64,000 nt of DNA. Source: the human T2T-CHM13v2.0 reference genome, Homo sapiens. The stretch lies in NCBI RefSeq assembly GCF_009914755.1, contig NC_060941.1. One strand, 5' to 3'. The translations under genes and the position numbers were made by a program. Shown piece by piece: positions 46,374-60,955 of this stretch; position 1 is the first letter of the stretch, and each line of letters starts with the position of its first letter. Under the pieces are notes generated by a model. It was not told the origin of the DNA. It saw only the letters and a program-made list of their open reading frames with translations, and did not search any database.

Positions 46374-47226
46374 TAAGAACCAAGTCAATAGGCTTTGCTG
46401 TCAGTTCTCTGAGAGCCCAGGTAGGCGTGTGAGGGGAGGTGCTCACATGCACACACTCGGGCACGTGTGTTGGAGCACAGGGCTGTGTGGGTACATGGTA
46501 GAATGCAGATACACGTGCTGGTACAGCAGCTTCACCCTTTCCAAGGGCAGGAGAGGCAGATCTCTGTTCTTTGGCGCTTCTGCTGTGTTCAGCTGCTTTC
46601 AGCAACCCCAGCAGCACTCCTCTGCCCCAGTGCTGCGTCATTGTTTGGCTGCCAAGGCCAGACCACCATTCCCCTCTTCTCCCAGTAGCATCAGGGTCCT
46701 GAGACATACAGGGAAGTACTTTGTCTCCTACCCCACTCAGGGAAATTTTGAGAGTAAACACCCATCCCACATCCCTCTGCCAGCCATTGCTGGACATGCC
46801 TGTAGGCTCTTTTCCACACATCAGGAGCCAGGAGGAGGTTGAATCAAATAGAAAGAACAGACACATGTGACCATGCGGCCTCTTCGCCTCTTCGCAGCAG
46901 TGTTATTGACTAAAGCCTGGCTCTCTTCTTTTTCTTTAGTCCTCATTCCTTGAGTGAGTTCAGCCCCTCTTACAACTTCAAAACTAAAGAGTCACTCTCT
47001 AGGTGACTCCAGATGGGCCCTCTGGCTTGTATTCTGACTTCAAATGACACATCCATTTGATGGGCTTGAAGGTGGACATGAAGAATCTGCAGGAATTCTT
47101 TTCATACTCTTTCTAAGAGTCTAGTTCCTTGGATCAAGGGAAACTCTGCTTGTACATTTTCTAAAGTTTACATCTTAGAGCCTCCAAAAATACATATTTT
47201 CTCCCTCCCATTATCCCTTCATTCCA

Positions 47227-47228
<2 letters not shown>

Positions 47229-47265
<37 letters not shown>

Positions 47266-47554
47266 AGATGGAGTCTCGCTCTGTCATCCAGGCTGGAGTG
47301 CAGTGGTGCGATCTAGGCTCACTGCAAGCTCCGCCTCCCAGGTTCACGCCATTCTCCTGCCTCAGCCTCCAGATTAGCTGGGAATACAGGCACCCGTCAC
47401 CAAGCCCGGCTAATTTTTTGTATTTTTTTTTTTTTTAGTAGAGACGGGGTTTCACCGTGTTAGCCAGGATAGTCTTGATCTCCTGACGTCATGATCCACC
47501 CACCTCAGCCTCCCAAAGTGCTGGAATTACAGGCGTGAGCCACCGCGCCTGGCC
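47229..47554 (-). mobile_element. AluY with a 36-nt pure poly-T
   Basis: Y diagnostics and uninterrupted T run 47229-47264. Confidence 0.96.
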
Positions 47555-49419
47555 ATTCAGTCTTAGAGTTATACTTAGAAGAGGCACAATTGGCTGTTGG
47601 AACCAGAAAGGGACTTAGATTTGCACAAATCTAGATCAAAATTCTTAGATCTTAAATTTACCAATTGTGCAATTTGAACTAGAGACATTAGTTTTCCTCA
47701 TCATAGAATGAGGACGACAATATCTAACTTTAGAGTTTTTATTAAGGTTATACACGGTCTTCACCAAAGACTTTACAAAACTTTACAAAAGGATCCTAGT
47801 TGAGTAATGTAGGTATGTTGGGATCCCACAGAAGAGGAATTGTTCTGCAAATTTCTCTTCCCTTTTAAGGAAAGAGAGAACAGTGAGGTATTGATGACTT
47901 TGCAGAAAAGTTGAATCTCTGGGCTCTAAGCTGAACTTTTATGAGGTCAGGGAATATTTTCTGTGAAATCACTGGGTTCTGCACTGTGGCTGGCTCATAG
48001 TAGGGCTTCAAAACATATTGTCAGATGGACAGAAGAAAAGGAAGTAGGGAAGCAAGGGAGGAAAGGTTAGAAGGACAGAAGGAATGAAGAAAAAAAGGAG
48101 AGTTTAGTAGGAATCAATCCTGTATGTGAAGCCTTGTGAGATGTATGATAAAGTCTATTTCATTTTGTGGGTGGGATGTTGAATACTAGGTCAAGCTTTT
48201 TTTTCTTCTATGACAAACAACACAGAGAAAGGGGGAGGGGAAGTCTGCACAGAATTTTTACTATTATTTTTACCACCAGACAATTAGGCAGGTTCCCTTT
48301 TGTTAAAATTCAAAGATTTTTTTTTCCATCTGGGGAGAAATAGTTTTAGTTATATGGCAGCTTCAATTCTAAGCCAGAAAAATGATTTATGAACAGAAAC
48401 ATGAAACATTTCTTTAAGAATAACCATATAATTTACAGCCCCAAATGATTATATTAAGGGTTTAGTTAATGTTATGCCTTCTTTGAAACAGGGAGAAAGT
48501 GGCAGAACCACTGTCATGCAGTCATACTGAATAGCCAACCAGTGGGTGCTGCAAAGTCAGCTTTCTCTTGATTGCATTGGATGTTGGTTCCAAGAGCTGC
48601 CGCAGCTCCCCAAGGTTGATGTTGCCAGGGCTGAATGAATACGGCCTTTGCGTTTCCCTGGCTACTGAACTCAAAGTACAGTACAAGGCGGGTTCTCCCC
48701 ACTTCGACTAACTAGTGGGAACAACATCTTCAGAAGCATCAGTTGCATTACTTATTAGCAAGTCTACTGCATCCTCTCCATTTAGAGAAAGGACCACCAT
48801 GTCCTGGGAAGGAGAATATTAATTTCTTTCCTTCTTGTGCAAACTCCTTTAGCAATTCGCTCCTTCTATTCATCCAAAGAAACTTCTGGGGGCTTCTTTT
48901 ATGTGTCCCCCGAGGCAGTTCTCCATGCACACGACAATGGACATAATGGCTGCTGTAGAAGGGAATCAATTTCTCCTTCTATTCATAGGAAAAAAAAGTC
49001 CATCCTTCTTTCCAATACCATTGCTGTTTCTTCTCCCAGGAGGAGGCATTGACTTACCCAACTGCTAACACTGGAGAAAGAAACCTTTCCTATGTAGCTT
49101 AGCCCCTTCTTGCTTCTGTTTAGGATCTTAGCTGTGTGCGCTCCATTCCTATTTTCTCCATTCAGTAAAAGTCCTGTCCTGCCTCCTTCCTTGCTGTGTG
49201 TGGTGGCGTGAGTGGGTGTAGGAGCTGAACTAGGAGGTAGTTTCCATTGTGGAGGGTAATTACACAGCAAGGACTAAGCATTTTTCCCCCATATGTCTTA
49301 CCATAAATAAATTTAATGTTGTCATTACCATCTGATGTTTGTCTCAGTTGATTCTGACCTTGAAGGAAAGAGGGGTATGCTCATTGGCACCCTTAAATTT
49401 AAGCATCTGTCTTAAAGGA

Positions 49420-50660
49420 GCTCATAGCCTAATTGGGAAGACACACTGGTAAACTGTCAATCAAATAGTAAGGGTGACCAGTATCAGTGAAAAGCAGAAT
49501 GAATAAGAATTAGCCAGATGAAGTAAAATACAAGCAATCAGTATGACTGAAATATAATGGGAGATGGGAAGCAGGAGATCAGGCTGCAGAGATTAGCAGA
49601 AACCAGGTAATAAAGGGCCTCATCGGTCTTTGTGGAATAGTTTGGATTTTATCTTGAAAACAGTGGGAGCCACTGCAGGGCTTTAAGGAAGAGAGTGAAC
49701 AAGTGAATTGAGCAGATTTAGAAAGATTTTTCTGACTCTTGGTATGGAGAATAGGTTGGAGAGAGGCAGGTTTGGGAGGGTTTTTTTTTTGTTGTTGTTG
49801 TTTGTATTTTTTGAGACAGAGTCTTGCTCTGTCACCTAGGCTAGAGTGCTGTGGCATGATCTGGGCTCACTGCAAGCTCCGCCTCCCCGGTTCACGCCAC
49901 TCTCCTGCCTCAGCCTCCTGAGTAGCTGGGACTACAGGTGCCTGTCACCACGCCCGGTTAATTTTTTGTGTATTTTCAGTAGAGACGGGGTTTCACCGTC
50001 TTAGCCAGGATGGTCTACGATCTCCTGACCTCGCGATCCGCCCTCCTCAGCCTCCCAAAGTGCTGGGATTACAGGCGTGAGCCACCGCACCTGGCCGGGA
50101 GATGGGGAGGTTTTAGGAGACTATTGAAATTGTTCCAGGTGAGATGATGATAGCCTGAACTAGGGCATTGGCATAGGTAAAAGTGTTTGGATTTGAGACA
50201 CATTTAACAGATAAAATTAAGAGGATTTAGTGAGTAGTTAACTAGGTAGAGGAGTCAGAGAAAGAAGTCCTTGATGACTCTCAGGTTTCTGGCTTGGGTA
50301 TTGGTGGATGGTGCATCTTTCAAGAAATTAGGAAACCCAGGAGGAAGAAACACGTTTGGAAAGGAAGATGGTGAATTCCACTTTGCACTATTGAATGTAG
50401 ATGTCAGTGGGATATCCAGTGAGGGAATTTGCTTGGTAGTGTGTTCATCTCAGGGAGAGGTATAGGCTGGAGGCGATGGATGTGGGAGCCAGCAAGCTGC
50501 ATATGACAGGAGAGATCTCACAGCACAATAGGTCAAATGGGAAGAGAACTGGGTAAAGGATAGAACACAAAGGACCACAAAGAACAGAATGAAGGCAATA
50601 GAGTCAGAGAAAGTCCAGTCAAGGGAGTAAAAGGAAAACCAGGAAAGGTTTGATTCAGTC
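49420..50660 (-). mobile_element. L2 split by AluY
   Basis: TTTGGATTTTATCTTGAAAACAGTGGGAGCCACTG...GATGACTCTCAGGTTTCTGGCTTGGG. Confidence 0.75.
49781..50096 (-). mobile_element. AluY
   Basis: Y diagnostics, CpG-rich. Confidence 0.96.
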
Positions 50661-51094
50661 TATACGAAGAATAGGGGAGCACGTTGCTTATGGGAACATG
50701 GAATGGTTCTTGGTAAGAATTGAGGAACTATTTGCATTTTGAGTCCATTAAGGTGGCTGGGGGCAGTGGTGGGACCAGACATGGGTCTTATTACCAAATA
50801 ATCCAACCTAGAAGTCTATAGCATTCCTTTCTGATAGTCCCTCCTCCTTGCCCAGCCTCTACTTTAGGTCATACCTTTAAAGTAGCACTAGTTAGTTCTG
50901 AGTAGTTGAGGACACTCAGGGCCTCCAAGCAAAAATTTTAGGAAAGGTCTATTTATCCTTCATTAGCCGCAAAATAAACTGATATTCCATGGCCTTGCAG
51001 TTCAGGGACTGCTGGGTTGGTGTTTACATGTGTGGTGAGAAATGCTTCCTGCTGTCTCTTCTAAAGACACTCTCTTATGCTTTGCACTTTCTCC

Positions 51095-51266
51095 AGCCAG
51101 TTATTGCACATCAGAAACACCAGGGGAGCTTTCAAAGCTTTGGGCTCCCTGGGGTTCACCCTAGTCCATCTTTATTAGAATCTTCAGTGGTGGAGCACAG
51201 GCATTGACATTTTTTAAAAGCACCTCCAGAGTTTCTAATGGGTAGTCAGGACTGTGAGCTACTGAT
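51095..51266. mobile_element. MER5-type MITE
   Basis: TGCACATCAGAAACACCAGGGGAGCTT...TTCTAATG...GAGCTACTG. Confidence 0.65.
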
Positions 51267-52911
51267 CCAGCCAGACTCAAACCCCATGAGTCATTAACCT
51301 TCACCAAGTTAAATAACTAATCCGCCACAAAGGAAAAATCCTGCAAATCTGGAGCAGCTGTCGATAGTGTTATAGAAAGTGATTTGTTTTCATCCTGGAG
51401 TCTTCCAGCTGCTGGAGAAGCTGAATAACCCTTTATGGGACTGGACAAATTCGAGAAGGACTAGGACAATGATGTCTGGGCTTGTCTTCTGGGTCCCCTT
51501 CAACCTCTGACTACAGTATTGCAGTATTGCTACCTAAAGAGCCAGGGTGGAGATTTCAGCAAACATTTGGTAATAAAATCCCAGGGGATTGGATCCTGCC
51601 GCATGCACACCCCTATGAAGATTCCACTGGGCCAGAATTCCACGGCTGCACATGTTCTGACTCGCAAATTCTTAGACCCATCTTCACCTGGAGAGAGGTC
51701 AAAGGTGATGTGCTGGTAATTGTGAATCTGCCTTAATTATGGCAAGTTAAGTTTTGCTAAGAGCAGATTTTTGGGTCCAGCACTGTCCTACACAATCTAG
51801 CCAATTCTAAGCCCCAATGAATCAAAGAACTGTTAAGCTCTGCCAATCAGCTGGGCTCCCACGTGTGACCTGCAGCCACTCACACTCAAGCATCAGACAT
51901 TTGTCTGTATTCCTTTTGGTCAAACAGAATATTCACCACTCTCCAGTTCTGTGGACACCTGCCTAGGTGAACACTGGCAGCCATGAAATTCTGTCCCAGT
52001 GGAATTTTCACAGTGGTGTAACCCACAGGCAGGGTTCTTAAGGCTTCAAAGGGCAGAAGGACAAGCTCACCTTTCTCCTAAGCTATATCAGCTTTTTTTA
52101 ATCCACAGGAGATGCCGATTTTCTGCGTTTGCAACAGCCAAATGAGTTTTGTCCTATGCACAAGACAAGTTGTAATTTATCAAATCCACTCATACTCTTT
52201 TCCCTTGCTTTTTACCCAGACAAAGAATGCAGCAGAGAGGTTATTAAATTCTTTTCTAGGGGTGAAATATATAAAAAAGCTGTGTGAGTCAGTAATGCAC
52301 TCCAAGAATTTAAGTAAATTTGTTATGCTTGATCTCACTGTTATGAAGCCAAATTTGCCGCTCTTTACAAGATAATACACAAAAATATATATTCAGCACA
52401 CACAGCCCCTAATATTCCCTGCTGCTCTCAACAATAGGAGCTGAGCTTCCTGCTTTAGCTCATATTTTTCTGAATAAGAGGAAATGTATGAACAATTTTC
52501 TGTTCCTTCGTCTTGTGCCTGGAATTTCAACCACATTCCTAGAAGGCTTTTCAGTGGTTCTTCCCCATAGTTCAGTGATTCTACTGGGCTACTGTATTTA
52601 TTCACATTTAATGGTACAGAAAGTCCCACTTTTAGATACAATGCACACTTGGAAACTGTCTTAGAAGTGACTTGCATATAAATGAAATTGACTGCATGTA
52701 TGATAATTCTGCCTTTGCTTATCTGGTTATCAAAGAAATAAATGTTTATAGAACATTTGTTTATGGAGCCCCTAATATGTTCCAAGCTCTGTACAGGACA
52801 CTTCACTACATTAGTTCATGTAATTCTCACAGTAGCCTTGCAAGATAGATATTATCTCAGTTTATAGATGATAAGACAGTGTCAAGAGATATTATATTTC
52901 CTGCTCAAGAT

Positions 52912-52968
52912 CAGACATTGCCAAATGTCCCCTGGGGGACAAAACTGCCCCTCAGTGAGAACCACTGA
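52912..52968. mobile_element. MER20 terminal fragment
   Basis: CAGACATTGCCAAATGTCCCCTGGGGGACAAAACTGCCCC...GAGAACCACTG. Confidence 0.8.
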
Positions 52969-53141
52969 CCTTGACCATAGGAGTGTGAAAGTAGCTGTAC
53001 CTAAACACATCCACTTTCAAGTCTTCTTTGAGCCTCATAATGTCGAGTTCAGCCCTTTGCCGTCAGTGGCAGGCCGGCCCCATCTTAATGTGAATGTGCA
53101 AAGGTCAGCAGATATGCCATGTCAGGTAGGAAACAGAATTT

Positions 53142-53545
53142 TGTGTTAGTGCATTCCCACACTGCTATAAAGACATACCTGAGACTGGGTAACTTACGAT
53201 GAAAAGAGGTTTAATTGGCTCATGGTTCTGTAGGCTATACAGGTTTCTGCTTCTGGGGAGGCCTTAGGAAATTTACATAGTAGAAGGGGAAGGGGAAGAA
53301 AGCACATCTTCACATGGCCAACAGGAGAGAGAGAGTGGGGGCGGGGCAGTGCTACACACTTTTAAACAAGCAGATCTCAAGATCTCATGAGAACTCTATC
53401 ATGAGACTGCAATAGGGGGATGGTGCTTAACCATTAGAAACTACCCCCGTGATCCAATCACCTCCAACCAGCCTCCACCTCTAACATATTGGGGATTACA
53501 ATTCAACATGAGATTTGAGTGGGGATACAGAGCCGAACCATATCA
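53142..53545 (-). mobile_element. MSTA-like MaLR solo LTR
   Basis: TGTGTTAGT...AACCATATCA; TSD AATTT/ACTTT. Confidence 0.85.
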
Positions 53546-54833
53546 ACTTTGAAATGTCATTTTGCTTCCACTGTCCCTGAGCTTTCTCTGCTGGGAGCTG
53601 TAGGCCGTGGTTATAGGTGACACAACTCTGGCCCTGCACCTTGTTGTACAAAGTCAAGGCACTGGGTGATCGGTAGACTGCACATTAGGATTCCTCTTGG
53701 AAGCCATTACTCTGTCAGGACAGCTAGCAATAACTTTGTTATATATGGAAGTGACTGCCAACCATGTAAATATATCCACCTAACTTCAAATTATATTCCC
53801 AACTCAATTTACCTTTAACTGTATCTCCAAAATGCTCATGGCCATCCCAGTGCCACCAGATATGAAAGAAGGTATGATGGAGGAGAAGTCAAAGAAGAAA
53901 TACTGGTCCTGACCAATTGAGATTAAAATATTTGACTTTTGAAAATTTCACAATAACAAAGTGACTGTGGAGAAATATTACTAGGTCCCTCCAGGAATGT
54001 GGAAGTAGCCTGTGTAGGTGAAGGGTTGTGAAGCTTAAATTTTGTTAGCTTCACAGTAAAGACACCTTATTAGGCAGCCTTTGCTTACTCTTCTCCCTGC
54101 CTCTCATTATCTTGTTTGATATAAAAGAGTATTTGTGAATAAGCAAGGGTGACAGGTTATTTCTTGGCTTTTGACCTAGGATCCCTGGTAGTGTGAAACA
54201 TGTAGGCTTAGTCTAAGACCTAGACCCCTTTTTAGATTTGCATATTTGTCAAAGGTGAAAGAATAAATTTCTCAAAATTTGTCAGTCTTGAGTTGAGGGA
54301 TAGCAAGGACACATGAGCATCTGTCAAGATTGTCACTGTATTGGCCCCAGAGGTATGCTGTGGGGGGATTCAAGATGTATACAGCCAAATACAGAGGGAA
54401 AGAATGGAAAGTGCCCTAAAATCTTTTGGTGGAAGGTCTGCCCTGATAAGAACCTTGGAACTAATCGCCCCTATGACAATTTGCTGGTTTCCCATGGCCA
54501 GAGCCAGCCTTCTGGAGGCCAGCACTGAGAACACAGAAAAAGAGGGCTCAGGCAGCAGGTCAGCAAGAGACCAGCTTATGAGTGACCAAGATGGACAGCT
54601 TCTTCTCAGCTCCACCAGAGTTGGGCCAATTAAAAAGATGATCACAGCACTGCCGCCCTCAGGTGTGCGACTCAGTGGAGTTGAGGTGCTGCAACTCAAT
54701 GGAATGGGTTGGGAAAAATAGAAGATAGAGAAGGAAGACAGAGCTGGTTGGGAAAAATGCAAGGAAAGTACAGAAAGGAATGACATTGTTATAATTTCAA
54801 AATCAGACTGGGAAAGAGTTAACCATTCCAGAT

Positions 54834-54836
<3 letters not shown>

Positions 54837-54864
<28 letters not shown>

Positions 54865-55189
54865 TATTTATTTATTTATGAGATGGTGTCTTGCTCTGAC
54901 GCCTAGGCTGGAGTGCAGTGGTGCAATCTTGCTCACTGCAGCTTCCACCTCCCCTCGCGGGTTCAAGTGATTCTCCTGCCTCAGCCTCCGGAGTAGCCAG
55001 GACTACAGGCATACGCCACCACACCCAGCTAATTTTTATTTATTTTTATTTTTTATTTTTTGTATTTTTACTAGAGACAGGGTTTCACCGTGTTGGTCAG
55101 GCTGATCTTGAACTCCTGATCTCAAATGATCCGCCTGCCTCGGACTCCCAAAGTGCTGGGATTACAGGCGTGAGCCACTGAGCCTGGCC
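54837..55189 (-). mobile_element. AluS with (TTTA)n tail
   Basis: TSD CCAGATTTA. Confidence 0.94.
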
Positions 55190-57442
55190 CCCAGATTTAA
55201 TTTGAAAAATCACATTGGAATATGAAAACTGAACGGATCATATTATTTTACCTACTCCAGGGCCGTTTGGAGGCTCAGAGCCAGAAATTAAAGTCAGCTC
55301 TAGATATTAAGAAAGCTACATTTATTTTATTTTATTTTATTTTTTTCGTATTGAAGCCTGGTATTTTTGAAGTATTTATTATATCTGTTAAATCAGGATC
55401 AAGCTACTGTTGCACCACAGAAATCTCTTAATTAGTTCCCTTAGACTGTATTCCCTGGGCTGAGTTTCTCCTGGGAGACTGGGAGGCTGGAGGGGTCAGG
55501 AGGAGTGATGTTGAAATGCTGGGACAGTTGGCTTAAGGAGAGCAAATGTGGTGCTCTCTTCAGTAAACAGCGCCAGACGACTGAATTTTGTGACCTGGTA
55601 CCAGGAGTACTGCTGCAAGCATTGATGTGACATCTTCACCCAATCCTGAGTAGTACCTAGAGCAGATGCATCTCCCCTTCATCGTTACTCATCTTAAGCC
55701 CTGCCTTGGAGTAAAGATAAAGATGGGGCATGATTTGAAGTCTCTAGGGAGAGACTTGGAGTCTCTTGCTCTGCCTTAGGAGTGGGAGCTGCCCTCTTGG
55801 GACTAAAGCGAAGACTGCCTGGGTCAAAGTCATCATTTCTAAGCAGAAAATGGGCCTTTTACACTGTGATTTATGTTCTTCACAATTCAATATAACACAG
55901 CATCTTCTGCAGCTTCTATGAGAGTGTTTTTGAAAATTTCGTCCACTTGCACCTCATGAAAAATGCAAGTAGGTAGCACACAGAGCCCTCAGTGCTAAGG
56001 AGCATAGGTCTCGCCCCTAGAAAAGCCATATTTTTTTCAGCAGTGCCTAGACAGACCAGTTGCATCTGTTTTTGATGGGAAGCAAGGATGACTTCTCTTA
56101 GAAGTCGTGAGGGAGGAAATGGGAATCTCTCAGTGGGCTCTGGTTCTTACAGAAAGGAGAAATGTGTGTTCAGAAATAGGGAGAATGATCAAACACATGA
56201 TGTTTTGTTTAGGAGTCTATGTAGCTCTTACCTTGCAACCAGAACTTCTGATCCAGAAACACATCTTCTATTCTGCCTACTACCTGGAGATCAGAGCCCA
56301 AAGGAAGGTGAGAGGAATGATTTTATTTCTTTGAATGAATATGCTTTCTAATATCCTTTTGCCTGGTGGCTCTTAGGTAGTCTTGCAAGCAGCCAGTGGG
56401 AGTGATACAGAGTTTGGAAGCATTGCACTCTATGAGGATAAAATGTAACAGAGACAGGAAGCCCTTTCCCTCTGCTAGAAACAGGGTGCAGCAGCTGATG
56501 TCCTAGTATTTGGCTACTGAGAGGGATGAGTAGCATTCATATTTTACAAGTGAATCTTGAGACAGTGGCATGGAAAAAAATCATGTGGGTGGGCCTTGTG
56601 CCTGCCAAAGCTTTGCATGTAGAAGACAGGCTGGCAGCCCCAGAGGAAGTGGCTGAGAGCATCAATGTGGTGTCGGGGAGCAGCTAAGATCAGGGAATAA
56701 AGAGACTTAAGGCTGATTCCCGGCTCTGCCCTCTCTTGCTTAAGGAGCTGAGGCCAATAACCATACCTCTTTTGCCTCAGTTTCCCGATCTGTGTATTTC
56801 ATCCATCCAACCAGTATTTATTGAGCCTCTGCTCTGTACCAGGCCTCTGTGTCAGAGACACTGAGTAAAGAGATCTTGGCTTCAAGTTACATACCATCTG
56901 ATGGGTCAGACAAGACAGCCTCTAAGACCTTTCTAGTCAGATGCTATTTGCTCGATCCTGAGGTTTAGAAACCCTACTGTGAGTTTCCTATAGGATCTCT
57001 TCCGTACGAATCTCCTCTCTCTCTAAGCGCTTAGCAGAAGTTGTGCTTATCTCCCACGCCTCATTCTTCATCCTCCTGAAGCCCCATCCCCACCCCCTCC
57101 CCTTATCAGATGCTCAGGGGTCTCAGCTTTTCCCGTCTCCCAGTTAACAGGTTTCCCGTCATGACATTGCCGAGTCTGTGTGGGCAGATGGGACAAAAGA
57201 ATTCAGGCTGAGTTATCTGTTATTGATTTGCATGTTTACACATTTAATCTGCTATTCCTTTCAGGTAACATTTGCCTATTAACAGCAATTTCCAGCACAT
57301 TGATCCAAACATTGATCTCCAGAAAGATTTGATAGTGCTTGAAAACTCATTGATTACAGAGGAGAAATAAAGGAAAGGGAAGTGTCAGAGACTAACACTA
57401 AGGATTTGAGTCTGAGTGATTAAAGAAGAATGGCAGTATTAG

Positions 57443-57806
<364 letters not shown>

Positions 57807-58581
57807 GTAGTTTTTTTAAAACATAATTTTTATTAATCAAATAATTTGTGGAAATATTATCCTGAGTAAAATATAAAAACATTAGTCATTATTGGCTACC
57901 TCCCGATAAACTCAATTCCCTTCTTAGAGGTAAAGACATTGTTTTGAGAAGTAGTTTTATAGACCTTTCTCTATACACTTAAGAACTTAGAACAGTGCCC
58001 CCAGTGTAGTAAGCTGTATACAAATTAGCAATTGTTATTTTTCACTGCTGCTTGGATTCCACAGTAAGGATCTACCATAGTTTATTTATACATTACCCTC
58101 TATGAATATGCTACTGGGGGAGAGTTTCATTTTCTCCTATTGTAAACAATCCTCTAATGAATGTCCTTGTGTCTGCTTGTTTACACATGTACAAGTGTTT
58201 CTCTACGGTAAATGGGGCATTTTGGTATTTACTGTCTGGTATTTACTTGATGGCTATATTGCCATTTAGATATGTTGCCTTCAAAGCGGCAGTGGCCACC
58301 CACACAGGGAACTAGTGTTTGTGAGAAGAGAATGAACGTTGTTTGGAATATGTTGGTGTGAATTGTCAGCAGAGCACCTCTTCTTGAAGACCCAGTTGGA
58401 GAGAAGGTAGGTTAGAGTTTTAAGACTGGAGATGTGGATTATAGTGGCGACTCTGTAAACTCTCTTAGAAAGTGGGGACAGCGGGGAAGTTGGGTAATCC
58501 AAGCAAAACATTGCATGATTGGTTGAGGGAGGGCAAAACTCCTATTATTATGTATAAGGATATGGGATAAAAGCTCTCAGT

Positions 58582-58697
58582 TAGGATGACCAAACATCCT
58601 GTTTTACTGAGACTGAGGGAGCTCTCAGGACATGGGACTGTCAATGCTAAAACTGGATAGTAAGTCCCGGGCAGATGCAGATGAGTTGGCCACCTTA
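58582..58697. mobile_element. MER81 (hAT-Blackjack) MITE
   Basis: TAGGATGACCAA ... TTGGCCACCTTA terminal inverted repeats. Confidence 0.8.
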
Positions 58698-60538
58698 CTG
58701 TGTGGAGGCTCAATTTCAAAAAGGAGGGACGCTATTTCCTCTAAAACGATAGCAAAGGAGACCCAAAGTAGATGAGTTCCAAGCAGTTAGAAAATGCACA
58801 GGTACTGGAGGGAGCAAGGCTCAGCTTCTATGCTAGGGAAAGTTTCTGATGCACAGGATCAGGGCTCAAGGTCTAGTACCATGTGGTGGTTTGGTTATAA
58901 CCAACAGAAAATGGTTCTGGCTGACTTTGTGGGAGGGAATGTTGAAAGCCTATTAGAGAGTCACAGAAGGAGGAAAAGCTGGAGAGATACCCTTGCAACA
59001 CTGTAGGTTAGGGAGAAGAAGCCCAGCTACCGTTTTGTGTCAGGGACACCCCAGTCAAAACAGTGGCACACAGACGACCTGGAATTGCCAACACTTTCAG
59101 TTCAGTTCAGGGAGGAAGCAGCCAACTGGCCCAGCCCAATACCTGACCAGGAGGGGGTGGGCAACCTGACAGCAGCCCCTCATGATGAATCCAAGAAGTA
59201 AGGGGGCTCCTTGGAAAAAATTGGGGTGTTGTGAGGAAGCAGACATTGGTACCAATCAAAAAGGTTAACAAAGTCCCACTATCAATCCCTAAAGACTGGC
59301 ACTGACTTCCTACACACTCCACATGCCTCGTGTTTATTCATGTCTAGGTATATGTCTGCGCATATATTATGTGCATAGCAGGTGCTCAATACAATCTTGC
59401 TGGATATATAAACGAATGGATACTCCTACAGAGGAAAACACACTCCAGTTAGCAGCAAGGAAGATCAGTTCCTGTTCCCTTGCAAACCAGGAGCAACCAC
59501 AGCCCACGCAAAGCCACAATCTCTGTCTTCACACCAGGGCAGGTCTCACCAGAGGGCATATAAAATGTCCTGAACATGCTGATATAAATCTGCCTCATAG
59601 ATGTGAGTCACTTTATATAACTGACATCTTCCTAAGCAGTTGTTCTTAAGCTTATTTTTAGGAAAGATAAAATTTCAGATTCGGTAGGAGAGCTTACTGT
59701 TCATAGGAATAGCATACAGCAAATCTTTTTCTTTGTTGTATATGACTTCTTTTATAAATCTAGGTTATCTTTATAGATTAGATATTTTTAAAAGCAGAAT
59801 AAACCCACTGTTGGCCGGCGTGGGGTCGGCGTTAGTTTATTTCAAAAAACCCATTAACTTCTTAGACCCAATTTCATATACACACAGCACCACTGATTGC
59901 TGACAAAGTGTTTCTGAGTGGAGGTCCTGGAGGACCACTTTGGAAACTCTCTGAATCCCCTTGGTAATTGGTTTTATCCATCTTTATTCTGACAATTAGT
60001 GCGCTGAAGTCCTTAAAATCAGTATGTTCTTGTAATTCCCTTAAATAGGATTTAGGCAATCTATTTGACTTCAGGAACCCTTTTCTTGCAGGGAATGCAA
60101 AAGCATGAACTTTATTCTCAATTCAGAGAACAGATCAACAAAATTTAGGTGTAATTTCAAACAGCAATCTGCATGGGCTCTTCACTTTCCAGGCACAGGG
60201 CTGGAGACACAGCCTGAGTGCGCATGAAGTCTAGTCTCCTCTGGCCAGTAATTAATTCGCTTCTCTTTTATGTTTGGGGATTTGGTCCTGTTCCTCCTCA
60301 AGAAAATTTTGCATTTCCTTATGTACAGTTGGACTATCTAGTGATTCTAGCCTGCGTTCCTCTTGATGACACATATTGACTTTCACCATTTCTCCATTAA
60401 GTAGGATTTGTGTCATTTCAGCATTTGTGTTAGCTTTTGTTTCTTGTTATTAGGGATTATGCATGAAAGCAGGAAGAAGTCTCAGTACTAAGATTCTGGG
60501 CCTGTCTGGACATTTCCAGTGCTTAGAGTTGAATGCTA

Positions 60539-60955
<417 letters not shown>

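Noticed and set aside
53600-54070. Possible old hAT-Tip100-type DNA transposon
   Set aside because: Only a short terminal resemblance recalled; I cannot name or bound it reliably
54341-54786. Overlapping 126-aa and 138-aa ORFs in unique sequence
   Set aside because: No recognisable homology or exon structure; lengths compatible with chance
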